This document shows positions 29,159-37,640 of a DNA stretch of 64,000 bases, in pieces (the stretch's first letter is position 1; each line of letters begins with the position of its first letter). Below the pieces are notes generated by a model. That model searched no databases. It saw nothing but the letters and a program-made list of their open reading frames with translations, and had not been told where the DNA came from. Both the position numbers and the translations under genes were made by a program. The stretch spans positions 5,659 through 69,658 of the forward strand of contig JACPTZ010000214.1 in NCBI GenBank assembly GCA_016192525.1, written 5' to 3'. This DNA comes from Planctomycetota bacterium. Its GTDB lineage: Bacteria; Planctomycetota; MHYJ01; JACPTZ01.

Positions 29159-31051
29159 GTGCATTACCTGAAGTCGACGACGCTCGCGTGGTTAGGCCTG
29201 GGGCTGGTCGGGATCGCCCACGCGCAGAGCATTCGCAAGGAGATGCACGAGGATGAGAGGGTGGTTACGGGAAAGAATCTCCTCTGCGTGGACACCTGGG
29301 AGGAGACTCCCATGGTCCTGACCCTCAGTGCCCCGCTCGGCTCCATCGATGGACACTGCTGTGCCACGTGCAACGAAGGCAAGCCGTGTTCCGACTGTCC
29401 CAAGAATCACTCCGAGGCGTGCTCCAAATATCGGGACAAGGGTGAACACTACCGGGAAATCGACTACCAATCCGTCACGGAATGGGCGGAGAAGGCTGCA
29501 CAGACGCTCCAATCCGAGTACGCCCTCAGCGCGGAAGTGCCGGTGAAGGGCGCGACTGTCAACGCCAGCACGAAGGGAAGCGGCGAGTCCAGTGAGGAAT
29601 CCTCGTCGAAGATGTCCCTCACCGTGGATTCGAAGCTCCCGATGGGCACGAGAGAACATGCAGGACCCCACACCTGCTGGAAAGTGAGAGGAGAGGCGGC
29701 GCTTGTCGTTACCCTCCACCTGACCAGCAAGGAGTACTGGTGCACCATCGGGTTGGACATCTTCTATACCCGGGAATACAAGGTCACCATTCCGCCCATC
29801 GTAAGTGTCAACATTTCAAACGACCTGACGGAAGTTCATTGTCCCTGCGTGCCCGGGGCACCGACCGGAGGCGGGGGGGCGTCGGGGAGCACTGGGGATC
29901 GGCCCGGCGACGGCACAGTGGTGGAGCCGCAGAGGCCGTCGTCCAAAGAACCGTCTGGACCGTCGCAGGAACCGCCATCGTCTCAGAGAGTCAACGTCTT
30001 GTCTCCTCCCGCCCTCTATTCCGCTGCCATCCTGGTAACGCCCGACAGGGAACAAGCGTTCGCGGCACCAACGCGACTCATCTCGCCCGACGGCCAGCCG
30101 ATCGAGATCACGGAGGTGCTCGTCATCACGAACGAAGGCGAGAAGCCCGTGGCCAGGAGCCTGGATGGGCGATCGTTTCTCGGGACCCTCCCGCCGAAGC
30201 CGGCCAAGGTGATCATGCTTGCGGGAGGGACGGTGGCGGCCGTCGTCTCGATCCTTGGACCGGCCGGGAACGGAGAAGGGGGATCGACTTCGCCGACGGC
30301 CTCCCCGGCAGGGCCCGGTATCCCGGAGGTCCCGCTCGGGTCCGACCCGGCCAGCCGCGCGCCTTTCGTGGATGTCTCCGGGCAACCGACCTCTCCTACG
30401 CCCATCGTGAAGATAGCGACTTCAACCCCTGTGCCGGCACCGGCCGCCGCCGGCTCTACGCCCCCATCGCCGGGCGCCTCGGCTTCAAGAGTTGATGCGC
30501 CGACGTTTGTCCGCGCGAGTGACACGCCGCAGGCGTTGAGTGTCGAGGGGACGTTCGACCCGGGAAAGATCGACCAATACCGCAGCCGGATCGACTATCC
30601 AGCATCAGGCACCAGCACCAGCCCTCAGACGATTCTCATGACGGACGACCACGCGGTCCTGGTGAACGATGCAAGCAGGGATCTGACCGGACCCATGAAA
30701 GTCATCGTCACGGATCCCGATGGGGTGCAACAGTCCGGAGCCGTGACGGCGTATCACGGCCGGGTCCTCGTGACGAAGGAGGTGGTCGGCCCCGGCGAGA
30801 CCCTCGTGGCGAAGGCGGCGGTCTTCGGCCTTGATACGGCGCAGGCGGTCTCGTGGAGAATCGTGCTTCCCGAGGACGGGATGTTCACCGCGCCTCCGGG
30901 CAAGGGTCGAGTGGCGGAGGGAGTGAATACGGTGGAGGAGCTCACGAGTCTCTCGTTCCCGCTTTCCTTCAGCAGCACGGGGCCGAAGCAGCTTGAGTTC
31001 TTCCTGGAACCGGCGACCGCGCGGGAGGAGGCCGCGAAAACAGAGAAGTGA
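29159..31051 (+). CDS. Secreted protein with Cys-rich N-terminus, Ser/Thr-rich beta region, Pro-rich linkers and Ig-like C-terminal domains
   Basis: Signal ..AHAQ, many Cys in the first ~230 aa, low-complexity P/S/G linkers. Confidence 0.7.
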   Translation: MHYLKSTTLAWLGLGLVGIAHAQSIRKEMHEDERVVTGKNLLCVDTWEETPMVLTLSAPLGSIDGHCCATCNEGKPCSDCPKNHSEACSKYRDKGEHYREIDYQSVTEWAEKAAQTLQSEYALSAEVPVKGATVNASTKGSGESSEESSSKMSLTVDSKLPMGTREHAGPHTCWKVRGEAALVVTLHLTSKEYWCTIGLDIFYTREYKVTIPPIVSVNISNDLTEVHCPCVPGAPTGGGGASGSTGDRPGDGTVVEPQRPSSKEPSGPSQEPPSSQRVNVLSPPALYSAAILVTPDREQAFAAPTRLISPDGQPIEITEVLVITNEGEKPVARSLDGRSFLGTLPPKPAKVIMLAGGTVAAVVSILGPAGNGEGGSTSPTASPAGPGIPEVPLGSDPASRAPFVDVSGQPTSPTPIVKIATSTPVPAPAAAGSTPPSPGASASRVDAPTFVRASDTPQALSVEGTFDPGKIDQYRSRIDYPASGTSTSPQTILMTDDHAVLVNDASRDLTGPMKVIVTDPDGVQQSGAVTAYHGRVLVTKEVVGPGETLVAKAAVFGLDTAQAVSWRIVLPEDGMFTAPPGKGRVAEGVNTVEELTSLSFPLSFSSTGPKQLEFFLEPATAREEAAKTEK

Positions 31052-31058
31052 TGCGGGC

Positions 31059-31177
31059 GGACGACTGACGACGGACGACGGACGACTGGCGACGGACGAC
31101 TGGCGACGGACGACTGGCGACGGACGACGGACAACTGGCGGCGGACGACGGACGACTGGCGACAGACGACAGAGGAC
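31059..31177. repeat. Heptamer tandem repeat, about 17 units
   Basis: GGACGAC/TGGCGAC/AGACGAC units. Confidence 0.85.
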
Positions 31178-31190
31178 AGAAGCGGAGCCA

Positions 31191-31261
31191 ACGGAGAAAC
31201 AGAAGAAACAGAACAAACAGAAGAAGCAGAATAAGCAGAATAAGCAGAATAAGCAGAAGAG
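31191..31261. repeat. Nonamer tandem repeat, about 8 units
   Basis: ACAGAAGAA/GCAGAATAA units. Confidence 0.8.
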
Positions 31262-31393
31262 AACTTCATCTGAACCCGGCGGGCACGGCTGCTTCGCAGC
31301 GCGGGATCAGCAGGCAGACGATGCCTCGGAAAGCGGCGACAAGTCGCCGCACTCCAAGGGGTGGTAGGGGAGGCCGGTGGGAGACCGGCCGTG

Positions 31394-32833
31394 ATGCGCA
31401 CCCTCGATCGATCGTTCACCTTCGCGGCGGCCGTGGGGCTTCTGCTGCTCGCCCCTCTTTCCCTCCGCGCCCAGGTCTCCGTGGCGGAGATCCTCGTCGT
31501 GGAGCCCGCGCGGGCGGGCGAACCGACCGTCGTCGAGACCCGTGGAATCGAACCGGCGGACCTGCGGAGGGCGAAGGTCTCGCTCGGCGGATTCGAGGTC
31601 CCGGTCGTCGGTGCCGTGGATGCCGCCCTCGTCATCGTCCTTCCGCGTGAGGCGCAGGCGGCCGACCTCGTCGTCACGGTGGGCCAGATCCCGACCCGAC
31701 CCGCTCCCTTCACCCCGGTCGTCGATCCGCCTCCCGCCCTCCTGCCCTTTCGAACGAGCGTCGTTCGGCCCAATGCGGTCGATCCCGACACGGCGACGGT
31801 CGTCATCGTGATCCCGACCGACGACTCGCCCAGGCGGCTGCGCGTGCTCTCCATGAGCCCGGCCCTCTCGCTCGTCCGCCCGATCGCCGTACCGTGGGGG
31901 GAGGACAAGCCGGCGGCGGAGAACGTACCGGTGCCGACGGTCATCGTCACGACGACCGGCGGTTCCCCGAATCGGGCGGAGGTTCGCGTGAAGCGGGCTG
32001 GACCGGGTTCCCTGGCCTGCCTGGTCCGCGACCTGGATGAACCCCGCCGCACGGCGATCGTCGACCGCATCGAGTTCGCGCTGCCGGAGACACCGCTCCC
32101 CGCGCCGGCCCTCCTCCGGGAAGGGACATCGGAGCCCGGGCGACCGGAGAGCGATCGGCGGCCCGAGTTCGGGGCCGAGATCGTCGTCCGTCCTGAGGAG
32201 CGGCCGCCCGACAGGGAACGACTCCCGGCCCGATGGTTCATCCAGGTTTCGGCCACGAGCTGGGTCCCGCAGCACAAGAGCGACATCGAACGCGCCACGC
32301 TCGTCCGGACCCGGATCGGGGTGAAGCCCGGTCCCGAGTGGATCTTCTTCGGCGACTTCACGGCGGGCGGCACTCACGCCGTCCGACGCTTGCCCGCGAC
32401 GTTCACGGAGGTCTTCGTCCCGGCTTCCGTCGGAGGCGGAGGCGGGGGGGGAGGGGGAGGAGGAGGGAAACGAGGGGGCGGTGGAGGCGGAGGCGGGGGC
32501 GCGGGCGGAGGCGGCGGTGTGACGACGCGAGTGGAAACACCGGCGCGCAGAGAGATCGAAAACATCGAGGTCCTCATCGGACGGTTCGGAGTCGGGCGCG
32601 AGATCCTCGCCCTGGAAGACGTCCGGATGGTTTTGTTCGCAGAGGGCGGTCACGTCTGGATCCGGGGCAGGGATGTCGACGGGGGAGCGATTGCGGACAT
32701 CGGGCTGGAAGTGGACCTGAAGCTCGCGCGTCACCTTCATATGTTTGGCGCCGTGGACGGCGGCGCTACGACGGCCGGGAATGGCACGTCGGCATTGTTC
32801 GAAGCTTCCCTGGGGCTCAGGTGGGACTTCTGA
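31394..32833 (+). CDS. Putative outer-membrane protein: IPT/TIG-like N-domain plus C-terminal beta-barrel with poly-Gly insert
   Basis: Signal ..LRAQ; TIG-like V.LGG..VPVV...L.I.LP; alternating beta strands; C-terminal LGLRWDF beta-signal. Confidence 0.65.
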   Translation: MRTLDRSFTFAAAVGLLLLAPLSLRAQVSVAEILVVEPARAGEPTVVETRGIEPADLRRAKVSLGGFEVPVVGAVDAALVIVLPREAQAADLVVTVGQIPTRPAPFTPVVDPPPALLPFRTSVVRPNAVDPDTATVVIVIPTDDSPRRLRVLSMSPALSLVRPIAVPWGEDKPAAENVPVPTVIVTTTGGSPNRAEVRVKRAGPGSLACLVRDLDEPRRTAIVDRIEFALPETPLPAPALLREGTSEPGRPESDRRPEFGAEIVVRPEERPPDRERLPARWFIQVSATSWVPQHKSDIERATLVRTRIGVKPGPEWIFFGDFTAGGTHAVRRLPATFTEVFVPASVGGGGGGGGGGGGKRGGGGGGGGGAGGGGGVTTRVETPARREIENIEVLIGRFGVGREILALEDVRMVLFAEGGHVWIRGRDVDGGAIADIGLEVDLKLARHLHMFGAVDGGATTAGNGTSALFEASLGLRWDF

Positions 32834-33090
32834 GCAGTTCCACCGGCCATGCATTCGGGACAGCGTGGCCTGGCCCGCCCCTCGTTACGCCCCGTAGTAC
32901 GGGCTACGGGGCTCCTAGGGGCTAGGGACGCGAGCAAGCCCGTCCGCAATCACCTCATCGCTGGACTGTTTCCTGCCCGCCACAAGTCCGATAACACTCT
33001 CGTGTGCAGACCCTGGTTTGTCCGATAATCATCACCCTGACTCGGCCACGTTTTTCTGTGGAAGAAACTACAATCTAATGCACAGTGTGA

Positions 33091-33119
33091 TTGACACATC
33101 GCAACTGTTATGGTATAAT
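33091..33119 (+). promoter_or_regulatory. Perfect consensus sigma70 promoter
   Basis: TTGACA-N17-TATAAT with extended TG, in an AT-rich island. Confidence 0.8.
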
Positions 33120-33267
33120 AGCTTAACATGCTGTATCGCGTTCAAGCCCCGTTGCCTAGTTTTCCAGGATGGAGGAGAATGACCTTGACTTCAAAAGTAT
33201 AAAGTATAAAATATAACTTATGGATTATGGGACTCAGCACACCTCATCCCCTCGTCAGGAGGTCGCC

Positions 33268-33624
33268 ATGGACGAACGCAACATGGCCGCACGACTCTCG
33301 TCCGAGCCGGAGGCCGCTGCCTCGGCGGCCGTCACGGTAGGACACATCACCCCCCCCCCGATAACGAGTTCGCGCGAGCGACCCCAGAAGCTCTACAAGA
33401 TCGGAGAGGTGATGCGCTACAGTCGACTCTCCCGCCAGACCCTCCACAACTACACCATGATGGGACTCATCGAGGAGTCCGAGCGGACGGAGGCGGGCCA
33501 TCGACTCTACCCCGAGGCCGTATTCGCCACCCTCGAACGCATTGAACTTCTCAAGCGCCACCGCCCGCTCCGCGAGGTGCGCGCCATCCTGGAAGCGGAG
33601 CGAACGACGGGCGTACGCGCCTAG
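33268..33624 (+). CDS. MerR-family HTH regulator (no effector domain)
   Basis: LYKIGEV...LSRQTLHNYT..GLI...RT.AGHRLY; AGGAGG SD. Confidence 0.88.
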   Translation: MDERNMAARLSSEPEAAASAAVTVGHITPPPITSSRERPQKLYKIGEVMRYSRLSRQTLHNYTMMGLIEESERTEAGHRLYPEAVFATLERIELLKRHRPLREVRAILEAERTTGVRA

Positions 33625-33654
33625 CGGCGTCGGCCTTGTCATCCGGGGACAATC

Positions 33655-36249
33655 ATGGCCTGGCCGGACTGGATTCAGGCGGAACGCTGGCGTGAGCGCC
33701 TCGATGCCCACGCGGGGAAGGCGCTCTTCGTCGCCGCCGTGGCGTCACTCTTTCTGCTCTATTTTGAATACCCCCCAACGTCGGAGCGCGCTCGCGTCGC
33801 CATCGAGCGGGAGTACGCGCGAGCGAAAGCCCCCGGTGAGCTCCGCCAATGGTCCCTGGCGCTCGTACGGCTGCGGGCCTTCGTTCGCAACCATACTCCC
33901 GAGGAGACCGAGCAAGTCTACGATGCGCACTACCGGATCGCCCTCGCCCTCGAGGGGCAGAACACCGATGCCGGGCGGATTCCGGACAGGGGCGCCATTC
34001 AGTCCATCCTGTCGGAGCTGCGCACCGCTTCCGAGAGCCGGGCGATTCGCGCCGACGTCGATCTGAAACGCCTGGAGTACGCTCTCCGGCTCCAGGAACT
34101 CGGCGACATCACGGGATCGCTTGAGGAATTGCACCTCCTGGACAACGCCAAGGCCATGCTTCCCGGACTGAACGAGACCATTGCGCGGACGATCTCCCGG
34201 CTGCCCCGGCCCTCGGCCTCGGAGCACGCGGAGATCAGACGCCGGCTGGCGGCAAGTCGGGAGGCGGCGGGTCGCGCTCCGAAGGACGCCCCGTTCGAGC
34301 GCGTGCGGCTCTGGCTGGAGGAATCCGCCTTCGACTGGACCTTCGATCAGCGGGCGGAATCGGCGGCCGCCGCGGCGGCCGCGCTGGAGGGAATCGAGGA
34401 AATATCGACCGGGAATCTGAGCGAAATGCAGGCCACCACGCTCGGCGACAACCGGGCCGAAGCTCACTACGCGCTCGGTCGATGTGCCCTGGCCGACAAC
34501 AAAGCGGAGGAGGCCCGCGGTCACTTTGCCGTCGTTCTCGCGGCGCCCGAGACCGCGTGGTCGAACCACGCCCGGTTCGGAATCGCCGGTGTGGAACTGC
34601 TGCAGGGGCGGCTCCGGGAGGCGCTGGTTGGATTCCACGCCCTGGCGAACCCCAGCGTCGATCCGCACCGCCCCCTGGTGCTCGATGAGATCCGGGTGGC
34701 GGCCGCCTTTCGCTGCGGAGACACGTTCGCCGATCTGGGCGATCATGCGTCGGCCCTCGAGATGTATCGCAAGGCGCTCACCTTCGTCCCTCCGTTCCCC
34801 GCGAAGGATCTCTTTGACCGCCGCGCGTGGGAACAACGGCTCCAGCAGATCCGGACGTCCGCCCAGGAGTCGCGGGTCCTCGACCTCCTCGAAGGGGTGG
34901 GGATTCTCCTCCAGAAGGCGGACCCGACCTCGATCGCCGGCTTCTCGGTGGCCGGCGGCGCGGCCGAGCGGGAACGTGAACTGGCGGAGGTGCAGGCGAA
35001 GGAAGCGCGGGAGAACGACGACGCGGCGGCGGCGGCCGCGGCGATGGCGCGCGCCGACACGGCCTCCCGGCGGGCCGGCGAGCACTACCGAAAGGGCGCG
35101 ACGGGGGACATCTCCCCCCGCCGGCCGGCCGAGTATTATTGGCGCGCCGGTCGCGCCTTCGTCCGGGGCGGTTTCTGGACCGGGGCGAGTGAGATGCTGA
35201 CCGCCTACGTCAACACGGTCGGCCGGCAGGATCCGAACAACCGCCGGAACGAGGCCATCTATCTGCTCGGCCGGGCCTGCCAGGAGACGGGGGATGTCGT
35301 GGCGGCCCGGCGGTGGTTTGAACGCAACCTGAGCGATCCGGACATGGCCCGCCTTCCGTACTCCAATCACTGTCGTCTCGCCCAGGCGGAAGGGGATCTG
35401 GCCCGCGGCCAGTACGAGTCGGCCATCAACGAACTGAATGCCGTGTTCACCGCGGGACACCTCGGGCCCGAGGCCCCGGAGTATCGGCGAGCCCTCTTCC
35501 TGCTCGGCGAGGCGGAATACGAGGCCTCGCTGGTGTTCGAAACGCAGCAGGGAAAGACCCCGCTCGCGCTGGAACGGCTGCGTGACGCCCAACGCCACCT
35601 CTCCGAGGCGTTGAAGCGCGCCCCCGACGACCTTCCGCGCCGGCTCCGGGCCCGCTTCTTCCTCGCCGCGATCGCCCGCGAGATCAATCGGATGGACGAT
35701 TCACTCCTGCCGGGGCAACTCCGGCGAAACCTCGAGGTCGCCCGTGATTCCTGGCGGGAAGCCCTCGACGTGGCCGAAGAGATCGAGCGACAACCGGTTC
35801 GATCCCAGCCGGAACGCGGGTACGAAGAGCGCGAGATCGCGCCGGAGGCCCTCGACGCGCTCACCCGCAAGGCGGCGTTCCTCCTGGGAGATGTCCACTA
35901 CGAGATCGCCCTCTTCCTCACCGCCGGGCCCGATCCGGCCCGGGCGCGGCAGGAGTTCACCGCCGCGCTCCATGTCTACGGGACCGCGCACGCGAAGTAC
36001 TTCGCCACGGCTCCGCGCACCGACCTGCTCTGGGCCCTCATTCGGATGGGACGGATCGCCGTCCGGCTCGGACAAACGAACGACGCCCAGGCGCACCTGG
36101 AGCAGGCCCAGTTTCAGCTCGATCAGCTGGTGCGGGCCCGGCCGACGCCCGGATCCGGAGCGGCCTTCGACCCCGAGGAATGGCAGACCCTGATCGACGA
36201 AGTCCATCAGCACCTCCACCCGTCCAGCCCCGGAGGGGTTCCGAGATGA
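33655..36249 (+). CDS. Large membrane-anchored TPR protein
   Basis: N-terminal TM followed by many TPRs (AEAHYALG, EAIYLLG, RALFLLG); overlaps the next gene. Confidence 0.8.
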   Translation: MAWPDWIQAERWRERLDAHAGKALFVAAVASLFLLYFEYPPTSERARVAIEREYARAKAPGELRQWSLALVRLRAFVRNHTPEETEQVYDAHYRIALALEGQNTDAGRIPDRGAIQSILSELRTASESRAIRADVDLKRLEYALRLQELGDITGSLEELHLLDNAKAMLPGLNETIARTISRLPRPSASEHAEIRRRLAASREAAGRAPKDAPFERVRLWLEESAFDWTFDQRAESAAAAAAALEGIEEISTGNLSEMQATTLGDNRAEAHYALGRCALADNKAEEARGHFAVVLAAPETAWSNHARFGIAGVELLQGRLREALVGFHALANPSVDPHRPLVLDEIRVAAAFRCGDTFADLGDHASALEMYRKALTFVPPFPAKDLFDRRAWEQRLQQIRTSAQESRVLDLLEGVGILLQKADPTSIAGFSVAGGAAERERELAEVQAKEARENDDAAAAAAAMARADTASRRAGEHYRKGATGDISPRRPAEYYWRAGRAFVRGGFWTGASEMLTAYVNTVGRQDPNNRRNEAIYLLGRACQETGDVVAARRWFERNLSDPDMARLPYSNHCRLAQAEGDLARGQYESAINELNAVFTAGHLGPEAPEYRRALFLLGEAEYEASLVFETQQGKTPLALERLRDAQRHLSEALKRAPDDLPRRLRARFFLAAIAREINRMDDSLLPGQLRRNLEVARDSWREALDVAEEIERQPVRSQPERGYEEREIAPEALDALTRKAAFLLGDVHYEIALFLTAGPDPARARQEFTAALHVYGTAHAKYFATAPRTDLLWALIRMGRIAVRLGQTNDAQAHLEQAQFQLDQLVRARPTPGSGAAFDPEEWQTLIDEVHQHLHPSSPGGVPR

Positions 36250-36707
36250 GTCCGGCTCCGCTCGACTTTGAGGCGTTCATCCGCGACTGCGCCGCGCAGC
36301 GGACGCTCTACGCCGACATGCTGGAGCTCGCCCGCCGGCAGGATGCGCTCATCGGCTCCGGCGATCTCGACGGGCTCCTCGAACTCGTCGCGAAGAAGCA
36401 GTCGCTCCTTCACCGGGTCTCGTCGCTCGATGCCCGGAGCGCCGCCTTCCGCGCCGTCTGGAAGGAACGACGCGGCGAACTGCCCGCCGGCGCGGTCGAG
36501 CGGGTGGAGGCCGCCGCCGCCGGCGTGGAGGAGACCCTGCGCCGGCTCGTCGAGCAGGAGAAAAACTCGTCGGCCCTCGCCGAACAGGAACGGGTGCGGC
36601 GCCACCCGGAGATGAAACAGGGCGCCACGGCGAAACGCGCCCTCGGCGCCTACGTGGTCCGGCCCGCGGCCCCCGGCGATCCGCGGTTCGTGGACAAGAC
36701 GCAGTGA
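36246..36707 (+). CDS. FlgN-like flagellar export chaperone
   Basis: Q..LY..MLELA.RQ..LI..GDLD.L..LV.KKQ, C-terminal AY...FVD. Confidence 0.6.
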   Translation: MSPAPLDFEAFIRDCAAQRTLYADMLELARRQDALIGSGDLDGLLELVAKKQSLLHRVSSLDARSAAFRAVWKERRGELPAGAVERVEAAAAGVEETLRRLVEQEKNSSALAEQERVRRHPEMKQGATAKRALGAYVVRPAAPGDPRFVDKTQ

Positions 36708-36735
36708 CCCTTCTCTCCCCGTTCAGGAGACGCCC

Positions 36736-37638
36736 GTGCCCCAACCCCAGACGCTCGATGTCGAGGCCCTGACCGACCTCCTCAAGGCGTTCAACGACAC
36801 GACGGAAAAACTCCAGCGCTCTCACGAACGGCTTCAGGCCCGCGTGGCGGACCTCTCCCGCGAGCTGGAGGTCAAGAACCGGGAACTCGAACGGAAAGAC
36901 CGCCTCGCCGTCCTCGGGGAGATGGCCGCCTGCCTCGCCCACGAGATCCGGAATCCCCTCGGCGGGCTGGAACTGTTCGCGACCCTGCTCGAACGCGATC
37001 TCGCCGGCGATCCCGAGAAGCTGAAACTGCTCGGCAAGATCCGCGCGGGTCTCCGCGGGCTCAACGGAATCGTGGAGGATATGCTGACCTACACCGGCAA
37101 CATCTCGCCGGTGAAAAAACCGTGCGACCTCCAGGTCGTCTGCGAGGAGGCCCTCGCCCTGGCGGAGCGGGAGAGTCAGGAGAAGTCGATCGTCGTGCAG
37201 CGTCTTTACGCCCAGCCGAGGGTCGAATTGACGGCCGACGCGGCGATGCTCCAGCGGGCGATCCTCAATGTCGTGCTGAACGCCGTGCAGGCGATGGACC
37301 GGACCGGGACCCTCACGCTGTCGACCTCGGTGGAGACCGCGAACGGGAAGCGTTCGGTCCGGCTTTCGGTTTCGGACACCGGGACCGGAATCTCGGCCGA
37401 GGCCCGGCAGCGTCTCTTCACCCCTTTCTACACCGGGAAGTCCAAGGGCACCGGCCTCGGGCTGGCGATCGCGCACCGGATCCTGGAAAGCCACGGCGGT
37501 TCGATCGAGGGGACGAACAACCCGGATCGCGGCGCCACCTTCACCCTGCGCCTTCCCCTCGGACTCGGCCTGTCGAACGGCCACGGACAGGCGCCCTCCG
37601 GCGGCCGGACGGCGCAGTCGGCCGGAACTGGAGTCTGA
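36736..37638 (+). CDS. Cytoplasmic histidine kinase (FlgS/FleS-like)
   Basis: Coiled coil then LAHEIRNPL, N-box, DTGTG and GTGLGL; no TM or sensor domain. Confidence 0.9.
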   Translation: MPQPQTLDVEALTDLLKAFNDTTEKLQRSHERLQARVADLSRELEVKNRELERKDRLAVLGEMAACLAHEIRNPLGGLELFATLLERDLAGDPEKLKLLGKIRAGLRGLNGIVEDMLTYTGNISPVKKPCDLQVVCEEALALAERESQEKSIVVQRLYAQPRVELTADAAMLQRAILNVVLNAVQAMDRTGTLTLSTSVETANGKRSVRLSVSDTGTGISAEARQRLFTPFYTGKSKGTGLGLAIAHRILESHGGSIEGTNNPDRGATFTLRLPLGLGLSNGHGQAPSGGRTAQSAGTGV

Positions 37639-37640
37639 CG

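Noticed and set aside
31059-31261. Possible CRISPR array
   Set aside because: Short tandem units with no unique spacers and no cas genes.
32986-33028. Sigma28 promoters from the TCCGATAA pair
   Set aside because: No TAAA-like -35 at the right spacing; kept only as a repeat observation.
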